Of a stretch of 32,000 bases of DNA, positions 8,125-17,880 are shown one piece after another. A program made the translations under genes and the position numbers. The DNA comes from an uncultured Chloroflexia bacterium (GTDB taxonomy: Bacteria > Chloroflexota > Anaerolineae > Anaerolineales > Anaerolineaceae), in contig OY969938.1 in the NCBI GenBank assembly GCA_963704755.1, positions 600,001-632,000 of the forward strand, given 5' to 3'. The notes under the pieces were generated by a model, which saw only the letters and a list, made by a program, of their open reading frames with translations, ran no database searches and was not told the origin of the DNA. Within the stretch, counting starts at the first letter, position 1, and every line of letters begins with the position of its first letter.

Positions 8125-9701
8125 TGGCTGCCTATATTCGAAAAGGTTTCAATTCAGCGATTGCCTTTGCCGTCATCCTCATCTTCTTGATGTTGATCGG
8201 CTTCAACCAGATTGCTGCCAACCTGATCGGTAAAATCTTTGGCGCAGCCGCCGGTGACCCCAGTCAGATCTATTACCTGGGGGTCTTTATGGCCCTGATC
8301 GGAATTTGGGCCGGTGGCAGCGCCGCCAGAACAAAAAAGGAAGCAGAAGCGACTGAAGGCCAAAAGATGCTGGCCGGTTTCTGCGCCGCTTTAGTTCTGG
8401 GGCTCGTGATTGGGTTGTTTAGCTGGTTTTTGGGTGATATCTATGCTAACGGCGCAGATTTACGCAACTATTTGAGTGCGCTATCGCCGAAAGTCATCAC
8501 CTTCTATAACTACAACCAGCCGGCTATCACCGGCGCAATATACAACTTCTTGATCATCCTGGTGTCCGGCCTGGTCGGTGCCTTATTGGAAAGCTTCTTC
8601 TTCTGCCAACCTGTGGTCAAGAACTTTCCCAAGAAGGTTGTCGGCCTGTTCCGCTCACCGGTGGTGACCAAAACCTGGAATACTCCCGCCAGTCGTTACG
8701 TTCTAATTGTCCTCGGAATCGCGGCAGCGATTATCCTGCCCCGCATCTGGGGATCCTATTGGAACTACATTATGGGTACGGTCGGCATTTACGTGCTGCT
8801 GGGCCTGGGGTTGAACATCATCGTCGGCCAATCCGGCCAGTTGATGTTGGGGTACGTGGCCTACTTTGCCATCGGCGCTTACACGGTAGCTTTGATGACC
8901 GCGCCTCACCCACACAACCTCAATGCCAGCTTCTGGATAGCCATGCCTCTGGCAATCGTCCTGGGCGCGCTTACCGGCTTTCTGACCGGCCTGCCTATCA
9001 TGGGCCTGCGTGGCGATTACCTGGCTATCGTGACCCTCGGCTTTGGTGAAATCATCCGCATCATGCTGCAAAGCGATGTGCTGACCTCGTTCACCGGCGG
9101 CCCGAAAGGCGTAACCAATATTCCCAGCCCGACGCTGTTCGGCAAGCCGTTCGGCAGCGATGTTGATTTCATGTATCTGATCATTATCGCCATGGTCGTC
9201 ACCGTCTTTATCACCAACCGCCTGATGAATTCTCGCACCGGACGCGCCTGGCTGGCCATTCGCGAAGACGAGACGGTTGCCAAGGCTACCGGCATCAACA
9301 CCACCTACTACAAGTTGTTGGCGCTGGCCATCGGTGCAGCCTTCGCCGGCCTGGGCGGCGCGATCTTCGCTTCCCGGAACCAGTTCACCGGCCCAGAAGA
9401 CCACGTTCTGATGGTCTCCATCAACGTCCTCTGTCTGGTGATTGTCGGCGGTATGGGCAGCATCCCTGGGGTGATCCTGGGTGCATTCGCCCTCAAGGGC
9501 CTGCCGGAAATCCTGCGTGAGTTCGAGAATTATCGCTTGCTGGCTTTTGGTGCTTTGCTGGTCGTAATGATGGTCGTCCGCCCAGAAGGTTTGTGGCCTT
9601 CTACTCGCCCACACCTTGAAAAAGACGCTGTTCCAAAGGACAAGTCTCCAATACCAATCGAAGGATTGTCGGGGCCAAAAGAGACCGAGGTGAAACTATG
9701 A
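8121..9701 (+). CDS. livM: Branched-chain amino-acid ABC transporter permease (LivM type) with extra N-terminal membrane region
   Basis: 526 aa. The C-terminal ~330 aa are LivM-like (GQSGQLMLGYVAYFAIGAY, GLRGDYLAIVTLGFGEI, AIREDETVAKATGIN, GGMGSIPG). There is an ATGA overlap with livH. Confidence 0.9.
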   Translation: MMAAYIRKGFNSAIAFAVILIFLMLIGFNQIAANLIGKIFGAAAGDPSQIYYLGVFMALIGIWAGGSAARTKKEAEATEGQKMLAGFCAALVLGLVIGLFSWFLGDIYANGADLRNYLSALSPKVITFYNYNQPAITGAIYNFLIILVSGLVGALLESFFFCQPVVKNFPKKVVGLFRSPVVTKTWNTPASRYVLIVLGIAAAIILPRIWGSYWNYIMGTVGIYVLLGLGLNIIVGQSGQLMLGYVAYFAIGAYTVALMTAPHPHNLNASFWIAMPLAIVLGALTGFLTGLPIMGLRGDYLAIVTLGFGEIIRIMLQSDVLTSFTGGPKGVTNIPSPTLFGKPFGSDVDFMYLIIIAMVVTVFITNRLMNSRTGRAWLAIREDETVAKATGINTTYYKLLALAIGAAFAGLGGAIFASRNQFTGPEDHVLMVSINVLCLVIVGGMGSIPGVILGAFALKGLPEILREFENYRLLAFGALLVVMMVVRPEGLWPSTRPHLEKDAVPKDKSPIPIEGLSGPKETEVKL

Positions 9702-10505
9702 GCGTTCTTTTGGAAACCCGCCAGCTCAGCAAATTCTTCGGTGGCCTGACCGCTGTCGATAAAGTCGATCTGGTCGTACCCGAACAGTCCATTGCATCCA
9801 TTATTGGACCTAATGGCGCCGGTAAGACTACTTTTTTCAACTGCACCTCCGGCTTCTACACCCCCGAAAAAGGCCAGGTCCTGTACCAGGGAAACCCTAT
9901 CCAGGGCTTATCAACCGACCGCATCGCCGCGCTGGGTATCGCCCGGACCTACCAGAATATCCGCCTGTTTTCCAGCATGACCGCAATCGAAAACATCATC
10001 GTGGGTGAACATCCCCGGCTGCGAAATTCCTGGTATGATGCGATTATTCACTCACCTCGTTTTCGTAAAGAAGAACGTTATTCGCTCCAGGAAGCCGGCC
10101 GCTTGTTGGATTTTGTCGGTCTGACCGGTCTCGGCGACCACCTGGCCCGTAACCTGCCTTACGGCGCCCAACGCCGGCTTGAAATCGCTCGTGCTCTGGC
10201 TAACCATCCCAAGCTGCTCCTGCTGGATGAGCCAACTGCCGGTATGAACCCCCTCGAGACCGGTGAAATGACCCAGTTTATCCGTAAGCTGCGCGACGAC
10301 CTGGGCATTACCATCATCTTGATCGAACATGATATGCAGGTCGTGATGGGCATCTCTGACCAGATCACGGTTCTGGATTATGGGGTTAAAAGTTGCAGAA
10401 GGAAGCCCCAAAGAAATCCAGGCGAACCCGCGTGTCATCGAAGCCTACCTGGGCCCTGGGGCGGCAGCCTTATCCGAAAAATACAAACGGAAGAAATCAC
10501 AATGA
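9698..10505 (+). CDS. livG: Branched-chain amino-acid ABC transporter ATPase LivG; frame broken by one extra A at 10388-10391, so as sequenced it reads through into livF (track ORF 9698..11218)
   Basis: Walker A GPNGAGKTT, YGAQRRLEIARAL, Walker B LLLLDEPTAG, IEHDM. The canonical C-terminus VAEGSPKEIQANPRVIEAYLG... with stop TGA 10503-10505 is only read in the +1 frame from 10392. Confidence 0.85.
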
Positions 10506-11218
10506 TGCTGGAAGTCAACGATCTTCACGTTTTCTATGGTGCCATTCATGCCCTCCAGGGAGTTAGTTTCCATCTGGAAGAAGGGGAAATTGTCACCTTG
10601 ATCGGCGCGAACGGCGCCGGTAAATCGACCACCTTGAACACGATTTCCGGAATCATGCACCCCCGCAACGGGAGCATCGTTTTCAAAGAAGAAGAAATCA
10701 CCACGACCCCACCACAGAACATCGTCCGCAAGGGTATCATCCAGGTTCCGGAAGGCCGCAAGATTTTCCCATCCTTGACGGTCATGGAAAACCTTGACAT
10801 GGGTGCCTATACCCGATCCGATCAGGACGAAATTGCTCGTGACCTGGATGCTGTGTTCAAAAGGTTCCCCCGCTTGCAGGAACGCCGTAAGCAATTGGGC
10901 GGTACGCTTTCCGGTGGTGAACAGCAGATGCTGGCCATCGCGCGTGGACTGATGTCTCAGCCCAAGGTACTGCTGCTGGATGAGCCGTCTATGGGCCTGG
11001 CGCCAATTCTGGTGGAGCAGATCTTCGACATCATCCGTGACATCAACAGCCAGGGTGTCACCATCCTGCTGGTAGAACAGAATGCTCAGATGGCCCTCTC
11101 GATCGCCGACCGTGGTTACGTGCTGGAAACCGGCAAGGTAGTCCTGGAAGGCAACGCCCAGGAATTGCTGGAAAACCCCATGGTCGAGGCAGCCTACCTG
11201 GGAGGCGGCGCACACTAG
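10502..11218 (+). CDS. livF: Branched-chain amino-acid ABC transporter ATPase LivF
   Basis: MMLEVNDLHVFYG..., Walker A GANGAGKST, signature LSGGEQQMLAIARGL, Walker B LLLDEPSMGLAP, ending ..MVEAAYLGG. ATG 10502 overlaps the restored livG stop. Confidence 0.9.
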   Translation: MMLEVNDLHVFYGAIHALQGVSFHLEEGEIVTLIGANGAGKSTTLNTISGIMHPRNGSIVFKEEEITTTPPQNIVRKGIIQVPEGRKIFPSLTVMENLDMGAYTRSDQDEIARDLDAVFKRFPRLQERRKQLGGTLSGGEQQMLAIARGLMSQPKVLLLDEPSMGLAPILVEQIFDIIRDINSQGVTILLVEQNAQMALSIADRGYVLETGKVVLEGNAQELLENPMVEAAYLGGGAH

Positions 11219-11251
11219 CCTCTTCCTGGCTGCCAACCCCTTTTCACATCA

Positions 11252-11284
11252 CCCCGCCGGTCACCCCAGAACGGCGGGGTTTTA
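11252..11284 (+). terminator. Probable terminator of the liv operon
   Basis: CCCCGCCG (11252-11259) pairs with CGGCGGGG (11272-11279) across a 12-nt loop, followed by TTTTA. Confidence 0.6.
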
Positions 11285-11358
11285 CTTGCCACAAAGTCAC
11301 AATCTATGAGGCTGTCCTGAATGTAATTTGAAACTACACAGTACCCGGTTGAAAAGTT

Positions 11359-11414
11359 CCCGAATTTGAGGTGTTTGCGGAGGTTGTCGCCCCATTAAAT
11401 ACCTCAAATTCGGG
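11359..11414. repeat. Second copy of the CCCGAATTTGAGG...CCTCAAATTCGGG hairpin element (14-bp stem, 28-nt loop)
   Basis: AAGTTCCCGAATTTGAGGTGTT (left) and ACCTCAAATTCGGGGTC (right) are identical to the flanks and arms of the 1228-1282 hairpin. The centre differs. Confidence 0.75.
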
Positions 11415-11548
11415 GTCCTTCCCAGTAAGGCCGAACAGTACAGTATTTTTATTGTTATCAAAACCAAATATGTACAGTATGAGGCTGCCCCTAAACAACT
11501 TTTAGGCAGCTTCATACTCAGAGTGCTTTTTACGCCAAAATTGAATAT

Positions 11549-11557
11549 TGGTATAAT
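11549..11557 (+). promoter_or_regulatory. Extended -10 promoter (TGGTATAAT) 9 nt upstream of the L,D-transpeptidase ATG (leaderless mRNA candidate)
   Basis: TGgTATAAT lies at 11549-11557 and the ATG at 11567. There is no Shine-Dalgarno sequence in between. Confidence 0.45.
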
Positions 11558-11566
11558 GAAAATCCT

Positions 11567-12604
11567 ATGGGTACATTACTTTCTCGCCGTGACTTCCTCA
11601 AGCTGGCCGCAGCCCTGGGTTTGACCTCGCTGGCTTTCCGGCCATTTTCGGGTTTCGAGGATAACGATACCGGCGGTGACCTGGCCCGGGTCACCATCCA
11701 TTCGGTCAGCGTCTATTCCGAGCCCAACGATAAGAGCCAGATCCAATTTCAACATTACCGTGACGACATCGTCAACGTTTACTATTCGGTGGACAGCCCC
11801 TACGGGCCCGGCTATAACCCCATTTGGTACCGCGTTTGGGGCGGGTATATGCACCGGGCCAATATGCAGCGCGTCAGCGTCCAATACAACCCAATTGCAT
11901 CCAGTATCCCCGATACCGGCCAGTTAGCCGAAGTCACCGTCCCGTATTCGCAATCCATGTTCTACACCACCACGACCGGCTGGCAGCCAAAATACCGGCT
12001 TTATTACCAGTCCACCCATTGGGTAACCGGTATCGACGAAGGCCCGGACGGCGAGCCCTGGTACCGGCTAAAGGACGAACTTCTGGAAGTCGAATATCAT
12101 GTCCCGGCTTTTCACCTGCGCCTTATTCCCCCCGAAGAGATGACCCCCATCTCGCCGGACCTGCCTTACCAGGCCAAGCGGATCGAAGTGAACCGCGGCT
12201 TGCAGCAGGTCACCTGCTACGAAAACGACCAGGTGGTTTTCCAGACCACCGTTTCCACCGGGTTGAATTATGAGCCGCCCGGTGAAGTCCCCTGGAAAAC
12301 ACCCAAAGGCGATTACACCGTTCAGTCCAAGATGCCCTCCAAACACATGGGCAACGGCAACCTGACCGGCAACGTCGAGGATTACGAGTTGCCAGGTGTG
12401 CCCTGGACCAGCTTTTTTGTCCCCGAAACCGGTGTGGCCTTTCATGGCACCTATTGGCACGATGATTTTGGCGTTCCGCGCAGCCACGGCTGTGTCAACA
12501 TGCGCACGGAAGACGCCAAATGGCTGTTCCGCTGGGTTCTGCCGGTTTCCCGGCCGGACGATATCGAGCGGCGTGGTTACGGCACGCGCGTGGTGGTGAT
12601 ATAG
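11567..12604 (+). CDS. Tat-exported L,D-transpeptidase (YkuD domain)
   Basis: 345 aa with a twin-arginine signal (SRRDFLKLAAALG). The C-terminal YkuD catalytic motif reads GVAFHGTYWHDDFGVPRSHGCVNM. Confidence 0.88.
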   Translation: MGTLLSRRDFLKLAAALGLTSLAFRPFSGFEDNDTGGDLARVTIHSVSVYSEPNDKSQIQFQHYRDDIVNVYYSVDSPYGPGYNPIWYRVWGGYMHRANMQRVSVQYNPIASSIPDTGQLAEVTVPYSQSMFYTTTTGWQPKYRLYYQSTHWVTGIDEGPDGEPWYRLKDELLEVEYHVPAFHLRLIPPEEMTPISPDLPYQAKRIEVNRGLQQVTCYENDQVVFQTTVSTGLNYEPPGEVPWKTPKGDYTVQSKMPSKHMGNGNLTGNVEDYELPGVPWTSFFVPETGVAFHGTYWHDDFGVPRSHGCVNMRTEDAKWLFRWVLPVSRPDDIERRGYGTRVVVI

Positions 12605-13820
12605 TCGCTGGCAGCCAGGGCCTTGGGCCTGGGCAAATCGATAAACTCGCGAAAAACGGCGTTGCCTAACAGATGCCCCCGCGGACTCAGCCGGAGGATA
12701 TCGCCGGTTTCCACGTCCCACTCGAGCAAGCCCTGACGGATCAATTTTTCGATTTGCGTGGGAAAGACTTCATTTATATCATAGCCAAACCGCTCACGGA
12801 ACATTGACGCGCTGACACCTTCATTAACCAGGCGCAAACCGACCATCATATGCTCCTGGACGGCCGTCCATAAATCGATTTTCCGCAGTTGCTCGACCGC
12901 TGGCCCGGCCGGAAACGGTGCATCATCTGGCTCGCCACAGCGCCGGATGAACGGCAGAATACCCCGGATGTTGGCCGTGCGATACCCGTCTGCGTAACCA
13001 TGCGCGCCTGCGCCAAAGCCCAGGTAAGGCAGTCCACGCCAGTATTGCAGATTATGCCGGCAAGAAAGTAGTTCGCCATCCCTTACCAACCCCCAATTGG
13101 AGATCTCATATTGGCGATAGCCGCCTTCATCCAGTTTGGCGCCGGCAGCTTCATACATATCGGCGGCCAGGTCGTCGTCAGGCTGCTCGACCAGGCCTTT
13201 TTCCAGCCAGTGCCGGAAAGGCGTCCCGTGTTCGATCGTCAGCGCGTACAAGGAAAGGTGCTCCGGGTGCATCGATAAAGCCACACTCAAGCTGGACAGC
13301 CAGCTTTCCAGCGACTGGCCAGGCAGGCCGAAAATCAAATCCAGGTTGAGGTTATCGAAACCGGCCGCCCGCGCCCAGGCGACTGCGTTAAGACATCGAA
13401 GGTATCGTGCTGCCTTTCCAACAGCATTAGTTCCCCCGGCTGGGCCGACTGCATCCCCAGGCTGATCCGGTTGACTCCGGCTTCTCTCAGGGCCCGCAAT
13501 GCGCCTGGGGTCAACGTACCCGGGTTGGCTTCCAGGCTGATTTCGGCTTGCGTGGATACGTCAAAGTGTTCCCGGCACACGTCCAGAATAGAGCGGATCG
13601 ATTCCGGTGGCAAGATCGAAGGGGTGCCGCCCCCGAAGAATATCGTATGAACCGCGGCCGGCTGCTCCATTTTCTGGGCAACCAGCTTGATTTCCTTCAG
13701 CAGAGCCTCCACATAGGCATGAATATGCCGTTCCTGCCCGGCGTATGTGTTAAAATCACAATAACTGCAGCGGTGAATACAAAATGGGATATGGATGTAC
13801 AGGCTGAGCGGATCGTTCAT
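12577..13820 (-). CDS. hemW: Radical-SAM heme chaperone HemW / HemN-like protein, frame broken by a missing base near 13388-13392 (track ORFs 13335..13838 and 12577..13338)
   Basis: The N-terminal half reads MNDPLSLYIHIPFCIHRCSYCDF (CxxxCxxC), FFGGGTPS, SLGMQSAQPGELMLLERQH. The C-terminal half continues in another frame as NAVAWARAAGFDNLNLDLIFGLPGQSLESW... The likely start is ATG 13820. The last 28 bp overlap the convergent transpeptidase gene. Confidence 0.85.
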
Positions 13821-13941
13821 GCCCCGAGCATAACACAAGCCGGCCGATTAGGCAAAAACCCTCCGGCTTTCGTCCCCTGAATCGAAAACCCAACCCGAGC
13901 AGTTAGATTTCCCTGCCCTACTTCAACAAAAATCATCATCC

Positions 13942-13968
13942 TTGTCAAATTCGTGATTATGATATAAT
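13942..13968 (+). promoter_or_regulatory. Candidate promoter of the LysM protein gene
   Basis: TTGTCA (13942-13947) and an extended -10, TGATATAAT (13960-13968). Confidence 0.4.
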
Positions 13969-14003
13969 CCGAACTGCCGGGTAAACCCCGGCGCCAATTT
14001 AAA

Positions 14004-15197
14004 ATGCCTATGAGCCCAGAAGATTCCTCCCAAAACACAAAAATTTGTCCAACCTGCGGAACGCGATTAAGCGCAAACGCAACCCGCTGTCTTGTTTGCG
14101 GGCGTACCTTTACTGCACCGGCCGCGGCAGTCACGAAAGAGAAAAAATCTGCCGGAACGGTGCAAGGTCCCAGGATGCCGGAATTGACTTTTTCCCTGCC
14201 AGTTGCGATTGGCCTGATGCTCTTGTTGCTGGTCATTGGCGCGGGTGTGATTTTTGCCCTGATGCAAAAAAATGCGGTGGCAACTGCCAATACAACCGTC
14301 ACACCTACGGCAAGCCTGACCCCCACTGCTTCGTTCACCCCAACAGCCAGCATGACGCCCACGCTGGAAGCGACCTACACCCCGCTTCCGCCGACTGAGT
14401 ACACGATCCAGGCCGGGGATACCTGCCTGACCATTGCGGCGTCGTTCGGTGTTTCGAGCAACAGTATCATCACGTTGAACGGTTTGACCCAGGAATGTAA
14501 CAGCCTGGTACCCGGCAACAAATTGCTGATTCCCCAACCGACGATCACCCCAACCGCAGCGCCCACAGGGACTTTGAGTTCTTCTCAATCGACAGAGGCA
14601 GCCTGCCAGTTTTACGATTACAAGGTTGTCGCGGGTGATTCACTCAGCAGCATCGCCAACAACTACAATGTCAGCCCCGAATCCATTCAGAATTACAACG
14701 GCCTTTCTTCAGAAACCGTGTTCGAAGGGATGACCCTCCACATTCCCTTGTGCGAGCGCCTGCCAACTGCCGGGCCAACCCCAACGGCGACGAACCCGCC
14801 ACCGTACGCAGCGCCCAACTTGCTGCTGCCGGCCGACGGAGCTGTATTTACCTCAGCCAATGATTCGGTGACCCTCCAGTGGGCCTCGGTTGCCACTCTG
14901 AACCAGAACGAATTCTACGAAGTGACCATCGAGGATATCACCACCGGAACCGGACACCGCCTGACGGATTATGTTGCGGATACGAAATATATCGTTCCGG
15001 CCAGTTTCCGCCCGGCCGACCCCAATCCGCATGTCCTGCGCTGGTCGGTGACCACCGTCCGCCAAACCGGCACGTCTGCCAACGGCGACCCGATCTACGA
15101 CAGCGCCGGCGCAACCTCCGAGTCACGCGCCTTTGTCTGGTCGAGTTCCGGTAGTTCCGGAAATACCGGCAGTGTTGAAGCAACCGCAACTCCCTAA
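14004..15197 (+). CDS. Membrane-anchored zinc-ribbon protein with Thr/Pro linker, two LysM domains and a C-terminal beta-rich domain
   Basis: 397 aa. It has a zinc ribbon (CPTCGTRLSANATRCLVCG), one TM (LPVAIGLMLLLLVIGAGVIFALM) and TPTAS[LFM] repeats. LysM 1 is YTIQAGDTCLTIAASFGVS...GNKLLIP and LysM 2 is YKVVAGDSLSSIANNYNVS...GMTLHIP. Confidence 0.85.
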   Translation: MPMSPEDSSQNTKICPTCGTRLSANATRCLVCGRTFTAPAAAVTKEKKSAGTVQGPRMPELTFSLPVAIGLMLLLLVIGAGVIFALMQKNAVATANTTVTPTASLTPTASFTPTASMTPTLEATYTPLPPTEYTIQAGDTCLTIAASFGVSSNSIITLNGLTQECNSLVPGNKLLIPQPTITPTAAPTGTLSSSQSTEAACQFYDYKVVAGDSLSSIANNYNVSPESIQNYNGLSSETVFEGMTLHIPLCERLPTAGPTPTATNPPPYAAPNLLLPADGAVFTSANDSVTLQWASVATLNQNEFYEVTIEDITTGTGHRLTDYVADTKYIVPASFRPADPNPHVLRWSVTTVRQTGTSANGDPIYDSAGATSESRAFVWSSSGSSGNTGSVEATATP

Positions 15198-15206
15198 ATG
15201 TTCGAT

Positions 15207-15238
15207 AAAAAAATCCCCGCACTTGCGGGGATTTTTTT
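15207..15238. terminator. Bidirectional rho-independent terminator between the convergent LysM and trxB genes
   Basis: AAAAAAATCCCCGC-ACTT-GCGGGGATTTTTTT: a perfect stem with an A-run on one side and a T-run on the other. Confidence 0.85.
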
Positions 15239-15390
15239 ATCGATATCTAAACTGAGTTTTTAACCTTCACTTTGAAATTTTTGAATTTTCGTAACTAAAC
15301 AGCCATTGCAGAAATAATAAAAACACCTTCTCCGTCAGATCCTGCTTGTGTAGTTACGAATTTTCATTTTTTCCAGGTGAACAAATTTCG

Positions 15391-16371
15391 TTATCCGGCG
15401 TTCTCTTCCAGGTAGCGTGTCGCCGTGATGGCGGCTGCAGCGCCCATACCGGCCGAGGTAATCACCTGGCGGAAATGGGGATCCATAACCTCACCGGCCG
15501 CATACACGCCCGGAATACTGGTCCGCATACGGTCGTCCACCTGGATGTAGCCCAGGTCGTTCATCTCCAGTTGACCCTTGAACATTTGGGTGTTCGGCGT
15601 GTGGCCGATGAAAATAAACAAACCATCAGTGGGTAAATCTTCAACTTCGCCGGTCTTGACATTTTTCAAGCGGACCGCCTCGACGGCGCCATCGCCGACC
15701 ACTTCGGTGGGTACGGTTCCCAGCATAAAATTGACCTTTTCATTTCCTTTGGCCCGGTTTTGCAAGATCGCGCCGGCCCGCAGTTCGTCCCGCCGGTGGA
15801 CAATGGTCACGTCATTCGCGTAGCGGGTCAGAAACAGTCCCTCTTCCAGGGCGCTGTCTCCGCCGCCAATGACGGTGACTTTCTTGTCCTTGAAAAACCA
15901 GCCGTCACAGGTAGCACAGTAAGAGACACCCCGGCCGGTCAATTCGCTTTCTTTGGGGATCTCCAGGTGATTGGGGCTGGCGCCGGTAGCGATGATCACC
16001 GTTTCGGCCAGGTATTCTTTACTGTACGTGCTCACTTTGAAAGGCCGCACCGAGAAATCTACCGAGGTAGCAGCATCATATTCGAAGCGCGCCCCAAATT
16101 TTTCGGCTTGCTTTTGGAAGACTTCTCCCAGCTCGGAACCGCCAATTCCATCCGGAAAACCGGGATAGTTCTCGATGACGTTGGTCAGGGAAGCCTGGCC
16201 GCCCAGTTCGGTGCCGGTCAGCACCAGCGGGGCTAATTCGGCCCGGGCCGCGTATAAGGCAGCCGACAGGCCGGCCGGGCCGGCCCCTAAAACAATCACC
16301 TTTTCAACCGCAGGGTTTGCATGGCCATTGTTCTTGTTTTGAGTTGAAAAGCTGTTTACATTGAAATCCAT
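15391..16371 (-). CDS. trxB: Thioredoxin-disulfide reductase
   Basis: 326 aa with FAD motif VLGAGPAGLSAA, redox-active CATCDG and NADPH motif GGGDSA. RBS is AGGAG. Confidence 0.95.
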   Translation of the reverse strand: MDFNVNSFSTQNKNNGHANPAVEKVIVLGAGPAGLSAALYAARAELAPLVLTGTELGGQASLTNVIENYPGFPDGIGGSELGEVFQKQAEKFGARFEYDAATSVDFSVRPFKVSTYSKEYLAETVIIATGASPNHLEIPKESELTGRGVSYCATCDGWFFKDKKVTVIGGGDSALEEGLFLTRYANDVTIVHRRDELRAGAILQNRAKGNEKVNFMLGTVPTEVVGDGAVEAVRLKNVKTGEVEDLPTDGLFIFIGHTPNTQMFKGQLEMNDLGYIQVDDRMRTSIPGVYAAGEVMDPHFRQVITSAGMGAAAAITATRYLEENAG

Positions 16372-16434
16372 GGAAAAACTCCTGATAATCCAAATCTACT
16401 GATTCGATGCAGCTTAATCGCCGGAAGTTGCAAA

Positions 16435-17805
16435 TCATTTCTTGACGCCGGCGTCGGTCAGCTCCAGCGCCTTATCGATCACGGCAAAGCCTTCGGCCAA
16501 CTGCTCGGGGGTGATGATCAGCGGTGGAAGGAGCAAAATATTATTCCAGTGGGTATAAAGGAAAACGCCCTTGTCGAGCAGATATTTTTTCAGCGCTTCC
16601 ATTTCCACCGAGCTGCCGTTGAACGGAGCCATAGGCTCGCGGGTGGCGCGGTCCCTGACCAGCTCGATCGCCCCAAACAAGCCAATCGAACGTACTTCTC
16701 CCACCGAAGGATGGCGCTCGACCAGTTCGGCCAGCATCTCCTGCATCACCTGGCCGGTCTGCGCGGCCTTTTCGATCAGGTGATCGGATTGCATCACTCG
16801 AATATTGGCTATTGCCGCCGCCAGGGATAGCGGGTGCCCATTGAAAGTCAACCCGCCCTGGTAAGGCCGGTCCCGGTAGGCATCGGCGATTTCCTGCTTC
16901 ATCGCCACCGCGCCAAGCGGTGCGTACCCCGAAGTGATCCCTTTGGCCATGGTGATCATATCCGGGACCACATTCCAGTGATCGACCGCGAACCAGGCGC
17001 CGGTGCGCCCAAAACCGCTCATTACCTCGTCACAGATCATCAAAATACCATACCGGTCGCAGATCTCGCGCACGCCTGCCATATAGCCGTCCGGCGGGAC
17101 GATCACGCCGTTGGTGCCGGTTACACTCTCGATCAGGATGGCGGCAATCGTTTCCGGCCGCTCATACTGGATGATCTCTTCCAGGTGAGCCAGGTAATCG
17201 CTGGCTAATTCGGCCAGGCTGACCTCCGCTCGATTGCGATGGAAAGTAGAACGGTAACCATACGGATCGAGAAAATGAACCACCCCCGGCATGGTGGCCG
17301 GCTCCCAGGCCGTCCGGCGCGGGTCGCCGGTCAGGGCCAGTGCTCCGTAGGTCGCCCCATGATAAGAACGGTAGCGGCTCAGGATCTTATAGCGGCCGGT
17401 GTAGCCCCTGGCCAGCTTGATCGCATTCTCGTTTGCGTCTGCCCCCCCCAGGGTATAAAGAAAGCGATCCAGGCCCTTAGGTGTTACCTCGGCCAGGACC
17501 TTGCCTAATTCCGCCCTCGGCCGCGTGGCCATCTGTGGGCCGGCAAATGGCAAAGCTCGCGCCTGTTCGACCATGGCCTCGATCACCCGCTCGTCTCCGT
17601 GGCCTATGTTGACGCACATGACCATCGAGTTCAGGTCCAGGTAGCGTTTTCCGGTCGCGTCCCAGAAATACACCCCCTTCGCGCGGGTCACCGGGATCGG
17701 ATTGACTTTGCCCTGGGCCGACCAGGTCCAAAAATTGTGTTCCAATGAAAGAGGTAAGATGTCTTGATCGTCGATTTCCTGCATAAAAGCCTCGTATTTT
17801 GGCAA
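16435..17805 (-). CDS. Class-III (omega-type) PLP-dependent aminotransferase
   Basis: 456 aa with GGADANENAIKLAR, DEVMSGFGRTGAWFA and the PLP-lysine context ITMAKGITSGYAPLG. Substrate is not assignable. The start is TTG 17805; an alternative ATG at 17784 has GAGG upstream. Confidence 0.88.
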   Translation of the reverse strand: MPKYEAFMQEIDDQDILPLSLEHNFWTWSAQGKVNPIPVTRAKGVYFWDATGKRYLDLNSMVMCVNIGHGDERVIEAMVEQARALPFAGPQMATRPRAELGKVLAEVTPKGLDRFLYTLGGADANENAIKLARGYTGRYKILSRYRSYHGATYGALALTGDPRRTAWEPATMPGVVHFLDPYGYRSTFHRNRAEVSLAELASDYLAHLEEIIQYERPETIAAILIESVTGTNGVIVPPDGYMAGVREICDRYGILMICDEVMSGFGRTGAWFAVDHWNVVPDMITMAKGITSGYAPLGAVAMKQEIADAYRDRPYQGGLTFNGHPLSLAAAIANIRVMQSDHLIEKAAQTGQVMQEMLAELVERHPSVGEVRSIGLFGAIELVRDRATREPMAPFNGSSVEMEALKKYLLDKGVFLYTHWNNILLLPPLIITPEQLAEGFAVIDKALELTDAGVKK

Positions 17806-17880
17806 TCGAATCCGTCTTTGCGCATAATCTTAACACGCATCAAGGAGGTTGCGAAGGAAAAAATAACTACAAGAGAAATC

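Noticed and set aside
9698-11218. A natural LivG-LivF tandem-ATPase fusion protein
   Set aside because: The 38-codon linker is low-complexity nonsense, while the conserved LivG C-terminus and an ATGA-coupled stop are intact in the adjacent frame. A 1-nt indel is the simpler explanation (kept as a finding to verify).
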